DNA from: Isurus oxyrinchus
Lineage: Eukaryota
Assembly: GCA_026770705.1 (NCBI GenBank)
Contig: JANJGN010000026.1
Span: 33,418,001-33,482,000, forward strand
DNA length: 64,000 bases
Direction of reading: 5' to 3'
Each line of letters begins with the position of its first letter. Position 1 is the first letter of the stretch. This document shows positions 27,091-39,637 of the stretch, piece by piece. The translations under genes were made by a program, and so were the position numbers. The notes under the pieces are model-generated. The model was not told where the DNA came from. It searched no databases and worked only from the letters and a program-made list of their open reading frames with translations.

Positions 27091-29030
27091 TGTTGTGGTC
27101 ACTTTGACAAACGGACCACAGGAGTCTCAGGTGCAGGTCACGATCGTTTATTCGAGCAATTGCAAGGAGAGAACCATCTCAATACAGCTTGAGATAGCAC
27201 TCTGCTAAATTACAAGTGTTCAACATATTAATACATTATTGGTCACATACAAGAACAGTTTCCAGATTCCGATCTCGTCAACATGTAGGTTTACATTAAA
27301 CATAAATCTCTGGTAACAGGTACATGCATTGCATGTCCCTATTTTCACCCAGGCAGAGACTTTCCCTCCCATCTAAACTGGGACCATCTGTCCTACCCCT
27401 ATCTGTTGAAGAGCACACATAAACTTCGTTGTTTTCCAACCTAAGTCTCCAGTCTAACTCCCAGGACCTTGCTAGTGATTGCAAACCCTGAGGGTGGACA
27501 AAGTTTGAGAGTGTGTCAGGTTCATCCGGTTTAACTGTTTAATTGTTGATTTACTGGTTTGTGCTGGCCTGCCTATAGATTCTAATTTAAATAATTCATT
27601 CCCTTATAATGAATTCTCCCTTACCATAAATTCTCATTTACTTTCTTCCCCCTAACAGGCCCTTTTGGCCCATGGACTAGCCCAAAGCAGCCAACAATAG
27701 TGATACTGTCCGTCCCTTTACACACCGTTGCCCATTGATGCTGGCCAGTCGTCCAGCTTTGGATTGTAATGGCTACTGACAGGTCACCTGTGTCATCTGG
27801 CCCTCCAATTCAAGCCTCTGGCTTCAAAAACTCCCCCAGCACCACCTCTTTTGCCACTTTTGGGTACAATGTATCAAGTATCTTAAATATGTAACTAGTA
27901 TCAGCTGAATCACAACCAGTGCATAGGAGGTCGTCCGAATCCACTGCTGTATTTGTACATTTGAGCCCCAATTCCTCCACCACCATGTGGAGGAAGCTAT
28001 TTGCTCGATATCCTCTTTTAATGCTCCACCCTGTTGCTGTAGTTTATAATATGTTTTGCATATCTGCTGAGCCTGTCTCCGAATTTTGGTTAGGTGCTCG
28101 GGTAAAGTGGGAGTTTCATGGGACCACTGGTTGAAATACTGTGCCTCGTTATCCTTACGGCTTTCCTTGACCTGAATAGTAGTCGTTCTTCTCTTGTACA
28201 TTTCAACCAGTTCCACTTACCCTACCCTTGCTGGCGCCTGTGAGTGTTGGCACACTGAATGATTATGTATGGTCACATTGGTTGTTCCCGTATTGGATCT
28301 TCTGCTGCCACGTGGTAATACAATCTCTCCCATTCCCCATGTATGCAACATGGGTCGGTTCTTTTGCAGCCCATATTGTTTCCATTGTACAATGTTGTTG
28401 CTGCTTTAAATCAGCACTTAGCTTCACCTGTCTCTTTTATTGGGTGTGCATACCACTGCGTTGGCCTCTATCCTGCACTCTTCTAACGTGGTCCTAACTA
28501 TATTCCTTTCAATGTCTACTGCATATGGTAGAATGTCATGATACCTAATGAAGTAATTCTCCCATATAACGCCAATAATTTCTACTCTATGTCCTGCCGA
28601 GCGTTGAAATAGGAATGACAGGTATTACTAATACAATACCTATTAGCATATTACTATTCACTATACATTCAACATTCATTCTATATACGCATTTTAAGCC
28701 TCTGAGCAGGCAATGGTCAAGTCAAGACCCTTGTATCGTGAAAGGTTAAATAAATGCTCATTAGTTACCCATAAAGGATCTACGCCTTCATTAATCTGTC
28801 TTAAGTTCCCTCGTGCTTGTTCCAGTGCCCAGGATCTATAAGTGCTGCAAACATCACTTCTGCCTGCTTCGTCCGATATATTTTTCCCCATTGCAGTGAG
28901 TTTGTTGATAGTCCCCGCTTGACTTTCGAGCATGGTAGCCAGACTTCGGATTAATCATGTCATGCCCTGGCCTGTATTTAATTGGGTGTTATGAATTATG
29001 ATAGTCGTCAGGTGTTCAATGCAATTAATG
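27091..29030 (-). mobile_element. LTR-element remnant: 3' LTR (27657-27091) plus decayed env-like gene
   Basis: On minus, a purine tract AAAAGGG precedes TGTTAG...CACAACA (TGTT/AACA termini), with AATAAA at 27152-27147. Upstream fragments give a heptad region, a Trp-rich stretch (STWWWRNW) and a TM segment (YALVVIQLILVTYL). Confidence 0.65.
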
Positions 29031-30574
29031 ATCTAAAGTAAAATAGCAAAACGTGCCATTTCTATTTGCCTCATGCAAAAAAAAACTAAAATGTAAAATC
29101 GACGAGAAGCGAAAGCAACTTACAAATAAGTTTTAATTGAAACGAGTAAAGGAGGAGAAAGAAATCAGTGTTGAGTGCAAGAAGTGAGGAATAAGTTGCT
29201 GATGCTGTTCAAACGGACTTCAGAAGTGAAAGCGAGACAAGGAACGTTTGATAAAATGTAACTAAAATGTGCAACGTACACACTCAGCGTAATTCAATAG
29301 AATAAAATGTTATTTGTTTAATTACATTTTGTATGCATGCTTCTTTCGCTATGTCACGGTTAATCGCCCCTGATTGAACCAGAATCTCAGTATTTTATTC
29401 CGTGCTGTGTCTGCTCTGGGGAGCATTTGATGGTACAGCATGGGAGGGCTTTACCCTGTATCTGTTCCTTGCTCCATCTACCCTGAAAGTGTTTTCTGGG
29501 GAGTTGCAGAGGGCTTTGTATCTAACCCATGCGGTTAGTCTGGAAATGAGAGGTTGGGCAGAGTAGAGGGAGATTTGTTCTGCATCATACCTGTGCTGTT
29601 CCTGTCCTTGCAGTCTTTCATTCGGCCGTATCGAGAGAGAATTTCTCGGCATCTAATTGACACGTTTAGATGATGATCAATATAGATCGAAATAAAATTT
29701 GTAAGGAACTGACATATATAAATTACAAAATGTTTATCAACCTTGATTGAATAACTTTAATTTTGGTTGATGTCCATTCTTGATGAAGAGGCAAGACGTG
29801 ACACAGGGCTTCCGTCCTTAGGAAATGAACACTGCAACTTTATCAACCGTGGAATTAGTAATGCAAAGTTTATGTCGTTAATGCAAATGAACATCGTTTG
29901 TGTTAGTGACTTGGGCATACTAGGGAACTGAGGCCATAATCTCAGAAATGATGCAGAGAACAATCTTTAGCAACTAAAAAACAATAAAAACGAGATTTAC
30001 AGTGCTAATAAAATCAACGTAAAAGCATGTGTAATGAACTGGCATAATAATAATACAGGAAAATCATAAAGCAATATTTGAGAAGAAATGGAGAATCCGT
30101 GATTCACAGGCGGGATTCCACTGGATGGCTCTCCAGACCTCATCCTTGCCCCAAACTTACAGAACTCTCCGTTCTCTGTTGCTACACGTGGTGCCTTTGC
30201 TTTGTGACATCACACGGAACATGGTGGTGCATTAAAAGCAAGAGTTTATGATTAAACCGCAGGTGTTATGGCACAGGAGACTTACAGTGACCTCTACGAA
30301 TCATTGTTTCCATGGCCCAATCACACATGGAGATCTGAAGAAGATGGCTAACAACGCTTTCAGCCAAAATATCTCCTCAATGTGTCCTATTCAGACAGCG
30401 AGTTTTGTAAATCATTTTTTGACTGAATGTCGTTTTATTGGCGACAAATTGAAATTGTCTGGAAAATACCGACTCCCACTGTAACTGGAATCCTACTCTT
30501 CCACAACATCCCCGCCTCCTTCTGCGCAAGTAATATTTACCGTAATAAAATAATGACGACATTGCATATAGAGT

Positions 30575-30925
30575 GCATACGGAGATAGAAATTAGGAGCA
30601 GGAGTAGCCCTATCGGCCTCTCGAGCTCACTTTGCCATTCACTAAGATCATGGCTGACATGATTGTGGCCTCAACTTCATTTTTCTTTCGACCCGTGATA
30701 ATCTTTTACTTCTTTGTCAATCAAGAATCTATTTAAATCAGCTTTTATAATATTCAATGGCCCAGACTCCACCGCTTTCTGGGGAAGAGACTGTAAAGAC
30801 TCACGACCCTATGAGCGACAAAAAAAATCTCCTTATCTTAAATTGGAGACCACATATTTTTTAAACCCTGTCCCCTAGTTATGGTCTCCCTCAAAAGGGA
30901 AAACATATTTTCCACATCCACCTTA
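30575..30925 (-). mobile_element. CR1 3' end
   Basis: VDVENMFSL.RETITRGQ.LK plus typical CR1 3' UTR. Confidence 0.7.
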
Positions 30926-32909
30926 TGGAGATAATAAATAGAGTGCACGTTTGTGTGAAGCACATCATTATTAATGTGTGCTAATGCATGCCCCTGGTTA
31001 TCTTGAACTAAACGCTGTCTCATTTATTGCTGCAGGCGACCATGCCTTTGTTTAATTTACATAAGATCATGCTGCCATTGTTATTGTCCTTGAGCATGAG
31101 ACATAACGGCAATCCCGGTCTCAGTTAGCAATGCAGTGCACCGTGCCTTTGTTCATGTTACCGTAGTTGCTGGCTCTAGTATTAATCAACTACACATTGT
31201 CTCCATCGCAATAAACCGCATCTCCTTTTATCAAATTAAATACCATCCCAGTGATTATGTCATGGCACCTTTTATCTCTATTCATATTACGTTAGAAAGT
31301 GTTTTTCTTTCTGTAGCATTCGACCTTCCCTGTCGCTCTTCATATACACCAGACCATGCTAATGTGCAAATATATGTAATGGAAGCAGGAACAGATCACT
31401 CGAACCCTCGAGTTCGTTCCACCAGTCAATAACATCCTGACTGATCTGATTGTAACATCGACCTCACATTCCCGCCAACCTCCGATAACCTTTCGCGCCA
31501 CCTCGGCCACCGTGACACACTTTTGGGTTGGCCTGAGGTCGCGAAAAGCGCGGTTGACACCCACACAGCACTGGGCGATGTCAGTCGAACACTGCGCCCA
31601 TGCTGGGTTTCTTAAAGAACTATTCAGTTATCAAGAGAGGAGCTTCATCTCGGCGAACAAGGCGAAGACATCGGACTACAATGTTTGGAAGGGAGGGTGG
31701 GGGCGTTGGGGGTGGGAGTGCGGGGGTAAAAACAAAAACTGCCGGCTTTTTATAAAGAAGGAGCTGAAAGCCGGCCATGTTTGTATTGATGAGTAAACTG
31801 CAAATTTGTTTCCACTTTCCAATAAATGGCGTTATTCATTCTGAAAGGAAACGATTGTGTCCATTACTCCAGCCGTATTTCCCTTTAGAAATAGTAGATA
31901 ACTGCCAGTTCGTTACACTCTCCTGCTCTTTTCACTTTGCCCCTCTTTTCCAGTATTTATCCAATTCCCATTTGGAAGTTACTGTTTAATCCGTGCCCAG
32001 CTTCCTTCCAGGCAGCACATTCGGGGCCAAAATTCACGTCTCAAAAATAACTCCTCATGTTATCAAATACGTTATTTTAAGTGTAAGGGCTAAACGTGGA
32101 GATCGAGTCTCTGAGGTGTGGAGTTGTTGCTGAGAAAGAATGAATGAAAGAAAGAAAAACAATCAGGCATTTACATAGCGCCCTTCCCGGCCTCAGGGCG
32201 CCCAAAGGGCTTTACAGCCAATTAGAAACTGTTGTAACGCAGGAAACGCGGCAACAAAATGTGGGCAGAGCAAGATTCCACAAAAAGTAATGTGATAAAT
32301 GAGCATAAAACTGGTTCCACTGGTGTTAAATGAAGGATAAATAGTGGCCAAGCGAACTGGGGGGAACACTTTGCTATTTTTTTTAAATTGTTGAATAGAG
32401 ACAATGAGACATTTTGCAATTCACCTGAGGGCGTAAACATAGGCCATCGTTCATCATCTCACCCAGAAAGACAGCATGTTCGATGACTCAGGGTTCCTTC
32501 AGTACAGACAACAAGAGACTGTCGGCGATGGAATATGAGATTTACATACCTCGATTGAGGGAGCTTGAGTGGATGATTTGTTATTAAGGTGACCGAGAGT
32601 TTTATGCACTGAGAGACTCTGATGGAAGCAGAACAGCATGAGGGGGTTTTATTATTTTTCACCAGTTAAGGATGTGAACTTACCTGTTTGTCCGGGGCGG
32701 GCAGAGGTGGAGGATGACAAGCACAGAATGCCCTGGGGGTTTCAGCATGAGCTTGGAATGTGCCAGTCTGCGCATACTCAGCCCAGTGATCTGCAGTGGG
32801 GAGCATTGCAGTCATCACCAAGGCACCTGCGTGGTGATGGTGGCTCACAAACACGACAATGGGACACGGGCATGGTTACAGGTGGCGGGAAAAGATAAAC
32901 CCAGGTTAC

Positions 32910-33716
32910 TGTGTGAGTTGATCAGCAAGAAAGAGGGACCAGGCAGCAAACAGGATGCTGTTAGCTGGCTATGTAGAGCTGGGGCTCAGGAGAAGTCACA
33001 GATGCCGTTTGATAGCTCCGTGCACTTAGAGTTCAGAAGCCCTGGGCAGTAGAGAAGGGCAGCAGAAGGTGGCAGTCTCCATGCTGCTAAGAGGGTTAGG
33101 GCTCAGTGGAAGCTGTGGGAGCCACTGATAGCTTGGTGCAGATGGGGAGATTGGAACTCAGTAAAATGCCCGGGCAGTGGCAGCAGTGAAGCTAGCTGTA
33201 TGTTCCAGAGCTGAAATTGTGCCAATGATTAGAGATTGAGGTGGAATCTCGGCATATAAGATCAAACCACCGGGAGGTGATCAGCCGTGAGGCAGTCCAA
33301 GTCAGAGCAGCTTTCGAGAGGATTCAGAGGGTTGTTCTTTGAAAATGAAGAGAGGAATCCCTCGTGAGGGAGACAAAGATTCTGTGGCTCACTGTGCTCA
33401 CTGACGTCTTGGTGGGTTGCTGAGAAATCCATGGAATCTGTCTTGGTCTCATCTTCCTTTCAATATGCAGTGAGGTCTGTTCAACCACAATTTTCTCACT
33501 ATTTCATATTTACCTTATGTTAATTATGAATATTAGAGTATCAGATTGATATTGCAAATTGTTTTACATTGTTCCATTTGCATGGTGCTGCCAAAGCTTA
33601 TTTTGTTTATTCGAAACTGTGAAATATTGTGGCTGTATTCTGATAGTAAGCAACCGAGATTTCGAACTTTGTCAACTTTAAACAAAACATTAGTGGTCCC
33701 TAACTGCTTGATAACA
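32910..33716 (+). mobile_element. Probable solo LTR abutting the GPCR pseudogene stop codon
   Basis: TG...TAACA ends and a purine-rich 5' / AT-rich 3' composition typical of LTRs. The left boundary is uncertain. Confidence 0.35.
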
Positions 33717-33718
33717 AA

Positions 33719-36432
33719 CTATTTAAAGCAAAAGGCAAGGGTCACAAAGGGACATTTCAGCACCTTTTGCAGCTCATCCCTGAACTTGGTCTGGGCAACT
33801 GTGAAGATGAAGATGTTATTGCAGGAACAGAATAACAGGAGCATGTTGGCTGTCTCCTGAAGGATGAAGTGCGGGTCATTGAAATCTAGGCCGGTGAAAT
33901 AGGCATCATCCGCAACCTGCACGTAGAGGAAATGTCCGACATAGGTGACCCACAGGAGGAGGAAGCTGAAGGAGGTGGTGAAGAGCAGGACAATGGACCT
34001 CTTGCAGTTGGCAATCTCCGGGTCTCCATGACCCTCGATGTCCCGGACCGTCCTGCGTGTTCTGCTAAAATGTGCCTTACGGTCAGGGCATTGAGCAGCA
34101 GAATGAGGTGGAACGGGAAGAAAGGGATCAAGATGTGATCTAGCCAGTCGTAGGCCTGCCACGTGGGCAAAATGTAGTAGCTGGACTTAATGTCGCAGAA
34201 CGAAAACACCCCGTCCAGAATATACAAGGGCTGGTAGGTGAAGTAGAAAGGGACGTTCTTGGTGCAGCCCAGGGCACTGACCAGTCCTATAACCAATAAC
34301 GCAATTTTCTTGGTGCAGTATCTGGTCTTCGGGCCCTGACTGCAGATGGACACAAAACGGTCAAAAATTAAGGTTACTGTCAGCCAGACTGAGACATCCC
34401 GGGTGGCATAGACAAGCACAGTGCTGACAGCGCACACTGGAGTGGTAGATAGGACACTATACCTAAAGTAAATGCCACCAATCCGGTTGAGGATAACGGC
34501 ATCGCTCATGACAAGGACATCAGTCACCGCTATCGCCACCAGGTAGTTAGTGATGCATCGGGAGAGCCCGCACCGCCCTCGGGATAGGATTATGATCACC
34601 ACCAAGTTGGATGTAAGAAATAAAAAGAGAGAAAAAAAACTGAGAGAACTCCAGACACCATCTACTGCCTCATCCAATCTATTGCTGAAACTCTGATGAT
34701 CAGTCCCTTCACCACCTCCAGACTCCAATTATTCCAAATTAGTTGCTAACTGTTCGACATCCAATGTTGCATTGAACATTTGTCAACACAGAGGACATTA
34801 CAATCAGTTCTCGCCACAAACTCTGCCCTCTGTCCACTGATCCCATTCCCGTGGCTCGCTATCTTCTGAGGTTTGAAACACTTTCCAATAGTTATCTCTT
34901 GTTTGACCGTGAGATAAACTTCCAAACGCCCACTTCCCCATGTCTATCATAAACACCGACACTTTTTCCTTCAATCTTTCTAATACAGCCCATAATATTA
35001 CCAGTCTCTAACCTGCCTTAGCTTAACCGCTACTGAAACCCGTATCCATGCTATTCTTATAACTAGGCTCATGACCATTGGAATAGTTTTTTAGGCGGTA
35101 TCTAACTTCGCATCTTTATTGAACTTCAAGTCATCCAAAAAAAACATTTGCTCCCCATACCCTTACCCACACCAAGTCCCGTTGATCAATCACCACTGCT
35201 CACTGAGCTGCACTGGACCCTTGTCCGTCAAAGCCTCTATTTCAATATTCTCTTCCTGACTTTAAAACCAATATTCAATGTCGCCACTCCAGTTCCCTGT
35301 AAAGTCCTGCAGCCTTACAATGATCTGAGATCACAGCGTACATCCAACTCTGGCCCCACGAGCATCCCTGATATTAATCGCTCCATCACAAAAGGTTATG
35401 CCTTCATCTTCTGAGATCAATAATTCCGACCCCACCCTCAACGGCTCCGTCTCTCTTTTCTTATTTACAATTGTTTTTAATAACGTACTTCTTTGATCAA
35501 ACGTTTTGACATCTGGCCTCATATATCTTTGTGCGATTCCTTAACAAATTTGTTTGTCAAAACTTTTGGGAAACATTTGCACCATTCGTGCTGCAGAGAC
35601 TCAAGAAAAAAATGCAACTCAGATTCCTCAAGTGGAAAGGAGGGATGGGCAATACATTCTGACCCTCCCAGTGCCAACCACATCGCGTGATTCAATAAAA
35701 AAATATAATTATCCAAAGTAAAATCCAAATGCATAAAAGCTAACACCACACAACAAAATACACAATTGGTTAAAAATCTTGCACCCCCATTCACCTCTGT
35801 CAAACGTTTCCATCATTCATTCCTATGGTCACATTTACAAAAGGAATTGCCCAGGGGAACGCACAACATTGTAACGAGAACGTGCTTTCAGGCGTCGCCC
35901 TGCAGATTAGTGGAATCATTGAATGAATTTTAACATCACGATGTATCTTGAATAATGATCGCACTTTAGATTTATTTTCAGGTACTTTAATAAAAGCAGT
36001 GCACGGGAATGCATTTTATGGCTCTAAGATACGCTATTGTTCCATCTAACACTAAAACACCAGAATGCATTTCACTACATTAGAATAATTTCTATTGTTC
36101 AACAACACAACGTGTGTAAAGTCCCATGCATTATAATTAACATTTCTGCAATCTAATAAACAGTTGATCGCTAAGTGCGCAGTGTAATATGCTGAACATT
36201 ACAAGTACAACTAATGCACTATAATACACCATAATCCAGTAAGTCCTCTATATTCAGACAGTGCCGATTATTGGGAAAGTTCATCGCGATCCACAAAGGG
36301 AAGGGGCAGAATTTAGGAGATTTACAAAACAATAAAGAATTTATTTGGGATTCATAGCTCACCCGGGACACCACTAAACGCGAGAACGGGATAGTAAATG
36401 GCATAGAATCCTCCATTCACTAGCCCGTGCAT
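33719..36432 (-). pseudogene. GPR139-like GPCR pseudogene (exon 1 36432-36363, exon 2 34610-33719)
   Basis: Exon 1 MHGLVNGGFYAIYYPVLAFSGVP has the same 70-nt length as in the intact copy. The exon-2 acceptor AG is changed to AT (TTACAT). A frameshift near 34060 splits ORFs 33886-34728 and 33719-34162. Clear paralogue of the 24855-25756 exon. Confidence 0.88.
34960..35530 (+). mobile_element. L2 LINE 3' fragment inside the GPCR pseudogene intron
   Basis: Decayed LS..ATE..IHA....RL and SPLLTELHW.LVRQ...FNIL motifs. Confidence 0.65.
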
Positions 36433-38926
36433 GGTCTGTCAGAAACCAAGGAGATTCTGAATGCTGCACATCTTAAATGTGCGGCGCTTTGAAATGGTCC
36501 CTCATTTATACCAGTTGACAGTCTCCAGGGGGGCAATTAAGTTAGAACATACACTTTAGTTACAGGTCGGTGAGCAAACAGATGAGGCGATAGTTTCATG
36601 ACTTTCATTTCTAATATTGGTAAGGTAGATAAATCCATTGCCATTGAGGGTGAACAGTTGCCTGCAAATCCTGCGGTCGCTCCTCCCCAAAAACCATGTC
36701 TTCGCGTCTCCATCAATCAGAGTCCCTGTTGAAAATGCTGAGCTGAAGTCCCATCTCTAATCCAAAACCACCTCTTCCCAGCCCTGTCATATCCCCAATT
36801 ATTTTGTGCTTTTAGTTATCTGTTTGGTTTCTTTGCAAGTGTTCCAGTGGTTAGTGCCTTCATGTTATTCAAATATTTAAATAGATTTACAACTGAACAA
36901 CTTGAAATAACTATTAGCTAACATGGGAGGACATATGAAGTCGATCTCATCGCTTGCAAACCCTGGGCCATGTGGAAACAGCAGAAAATTTGTTAGTCCC
37001 GATAAATCACCAACACTGAAAGGGCATCCAGGTTTGGAGTTTGAATTTAGAGTTTCTAGTGAAGGAACAAGTGACACATTCCCTGGCGTGATACAAACTG
37101 GGGCATCATTGGGGAAAGTAACACTGAGAGATGGCTTAAAATTAATAGCACCAAGTGCAGTAGCAACGGAGACACGACCAACATAATGGAGAACAATGCT
37201 TGCCCTACTGCAGCCGTAACTGAGACAAAGCCTCGTGTGACATGAACAGCGACAGGATGTATTGGAATATAAAAGAAGAAACATGGTCTCGTGCTGTGAT
37301 AATTAAGTACAATGTAAACACAGTCGAGAACGATAATTCACATTTCGTCTAATATAAACAGAAGATTGTTCTAGTGCAATGATAACTGAGCTGGCGCCCA
37401 GTTTAACACAGGCAGGGAAATGGTCACGTCAAGTAATTACTGGGCAAGAGTTTTATGTATAGAGACAAGTGCAGCAATAATAGAGGCAGCGTCAATGTAA
37501 TACAGAATGCTACATCGTTCAGTGTAGTAATATCTGAGACAGCGCCTAGTATAATGCAGACAGGGACATGGGCTAACATTATATAAACAGAGACAGGATC
37601 CAGTGCAATATAAACAGAGGTATGGCCTCGGGTAATATAAACAAAGACAACATGTCCTGTAATATAAATAGTAATAGGTCACACAATCATGATTGATGGT
37701 GTTATCGACATCACAGCTGTGCAGGGTATCCGCAATGTCCTAATGTCCACTCAGATACAGAAATAGCACCAGAAAGTCCTTTGTTCACGTGTTGCTTTGC
37801 GGCAGAGTCGAAGGTCAAACAAATTCAGAACAACTTGTACCTTGTTTTAGTTCTGAGTAAAACAGCTGCCCATCTCAAATTTTAAATAACTTTTTTCCCT
37901 GCTGATCGATTAACAGAGAACAACCCGATCTGACCGAGGGAGCCATCACAGAATCAGATTTGAAGACATCCATTCTAATCCCCACCCTTAATAATTTGCT
38001 GTCTTGTCTCACGCTTCTTTCACTTCACTTCTTTGTGTCTCCCTTGGTCTGTGAGATCCGTCGGTGATGAGCTGTCTGGCACTGAATGGAAACGTCCCGA
38101 GCTGGGGTCCGGTCAGTGTCCTGATGGAGGAATGGCTTTTCGAGACTGGAGTGGGGGGAATGAAACTCTGGTCTGTTCATTATCGCCAGCAAACTTGGGA
38201 TTGTTAATGGTGACAGAAAACATCCCAGCATTAAGGAAACATTCTAAAGCCGAATCTGCACTTGGGTTTTGCTTTAAAGATCTCAGCCACTATCTATGGA
38301 GAACAAGCCCAGTTTCCCCAATCTATCTAATTAACTGAAGTTCTGCATCCCTGAACGGATTCTGGTCAACTTCCCTGCGCCCTTTCTAAACCATTCACAT
38401 CCCTCCTAAAGTGGGATGCCCGTAAGTGGACACAATGCTCCAGTTGAGGGGGAACCAGTGCTTTCCACGGGGTCAGTAGCACTTCCTCGCTTTTGGACTC
38501 TATGCCACTGTTATGAAACCAATGATACCAGACGTTTAATCACAACTTTCTCAGGCTATCAGGCCACCTTCAACCATTTATGCCCAAATAGTGCACATCG
38601 TTTGTTGAAGAATGGATAATTGAATGAATTATTTTAGCAGCAGCATTGTAGGTGGCTCGAAGTATAAAAATATTTGAGGCTCTGAGGAGCCAGGAGGAAT
38701 GTGCGAACTTGATGGGTTTAACGGCTTTATCCTGTGCTACAAAATTATAAAGTCAATTGTAAATACATTCTGGAGATTAGGTGATTGCGCATTCACCCCA
38801 CCTCCCCGCCCCCCCCCCCCCACCCCTCCCCCACCACCCCCCCCCCCTTCCCCGTGCATGTGTTTGTCTGCCTGTGAGCGTTTGAGAATGCTCCTTTCAA
38901 ATTAATCCCGAAAATGGATAAGAATT

Positions 38927-39331
38927 TGAACTCTTTCCATGCCTTGTATCACTGTGTGTCTGTAATCCCACCATGTTCAGGTTTTTGTACAGCTCTCTCC
39001 GTGTTCTGTATCACTGTGTGTCTAATCCCCACCAGAGAACCATAAAAGCCATAGAACCATAAAAAAGTTACAGTAGAGAAGGAGGTCATTCAGCCCATCT
39101 TGTCCATGCCAGCCCGAGACACCCAGGTGCCATTTCTAATCCTGCCTTCCTGCACCTGGCCATGTTCGAGCTTTTGTACAGCTCTCTACGTGTTCTGTAT
39201 CACTGTGTGTCTGTGATCCCACAATGTTCAGGTTTTTGTGCAACTCTCTCCCTGCTCTGATTAACTGTGTGTCTTTAATCCCACCATGTTCAGGTTTTTG
39301 TATAGCTCTCTCCGTGCTCTGTATCACTGTG
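38927..39331 (-). repeat. Tandem array of 23-RSS units (62-bp period; 4 complete and 1 partial), interrupted by a ~127-bp CR1-tail-like insert
   Basis: Heptamers on plus at 39325, 39263, 39201, 39012 and 38950. Nonamers at 39293, 39231, 39169 and 38980, each exactly 23 nt from its heptamer. Confidence 0.92.
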
Positions 39332-39637
39332 CTGTGCGCCGACTCAATGCACAATAATACACAGCGGAGTCGCTCAGTTGTGGTTTGGAAATCTTTAACC
39401 GGCTGATTTTCTCCGCAGCATCGATAGAAGCAGAAATTCTCCGCTCACCAGCGTTTTCTTTATTCTCCTCTCCTGAAGCGTGTCTCTGAAGCAGATATTC
39501 CGGAGCCTGTCCTGGGGACTGACGGCACCAGTGTGCTGTGTACTGACAGAAACCTGAATACTTACAGCTTAAAGTAACGGTGTCACGGGTAGCAGAGATT
39601 CTTACAGGTGGATTCTGGGATATCTTGGAACTGGAAT
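39332..39637 (-). CDS. NAR-TCR supporting TCR-delta V segment (leaderless, CDR1 Cys), open reading frame
   Basis: Acceptor CCTCTAG at 39638; the J donor G plus AT gives an in-frame Asp. It reads DSSSKISQNPPVRISATRDTVTLSCKYSGFCQYTAHWCRQSPGQAPEYLLQR...LSDSAVYYCALSRR, followed by a consensus RSS CACAGTG-23-ACAAAAACC (39331-39293). No functional leader exon is seen between it and the J. Confidence 0.9.

Noticed and set aside
32670-32740. Minus-strand GTAAGT donor suggesting a J or leader exon
   Set aside because: No RSS, no GxG motif and no convincing ATG-led leader.
36877-37284. 135-aa ORF with KPSLSVTFP..VC
   Set aside because: The 5' part is minisatellite-derived and the remainder lacks enough Ig or other domain motifs.
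38927-39331. CRISPR-like regularly spaced repeats
   Set aside because: Vertebrate DNA; the spacers are homologous to each other and the unit is an RSS. No cas genes.
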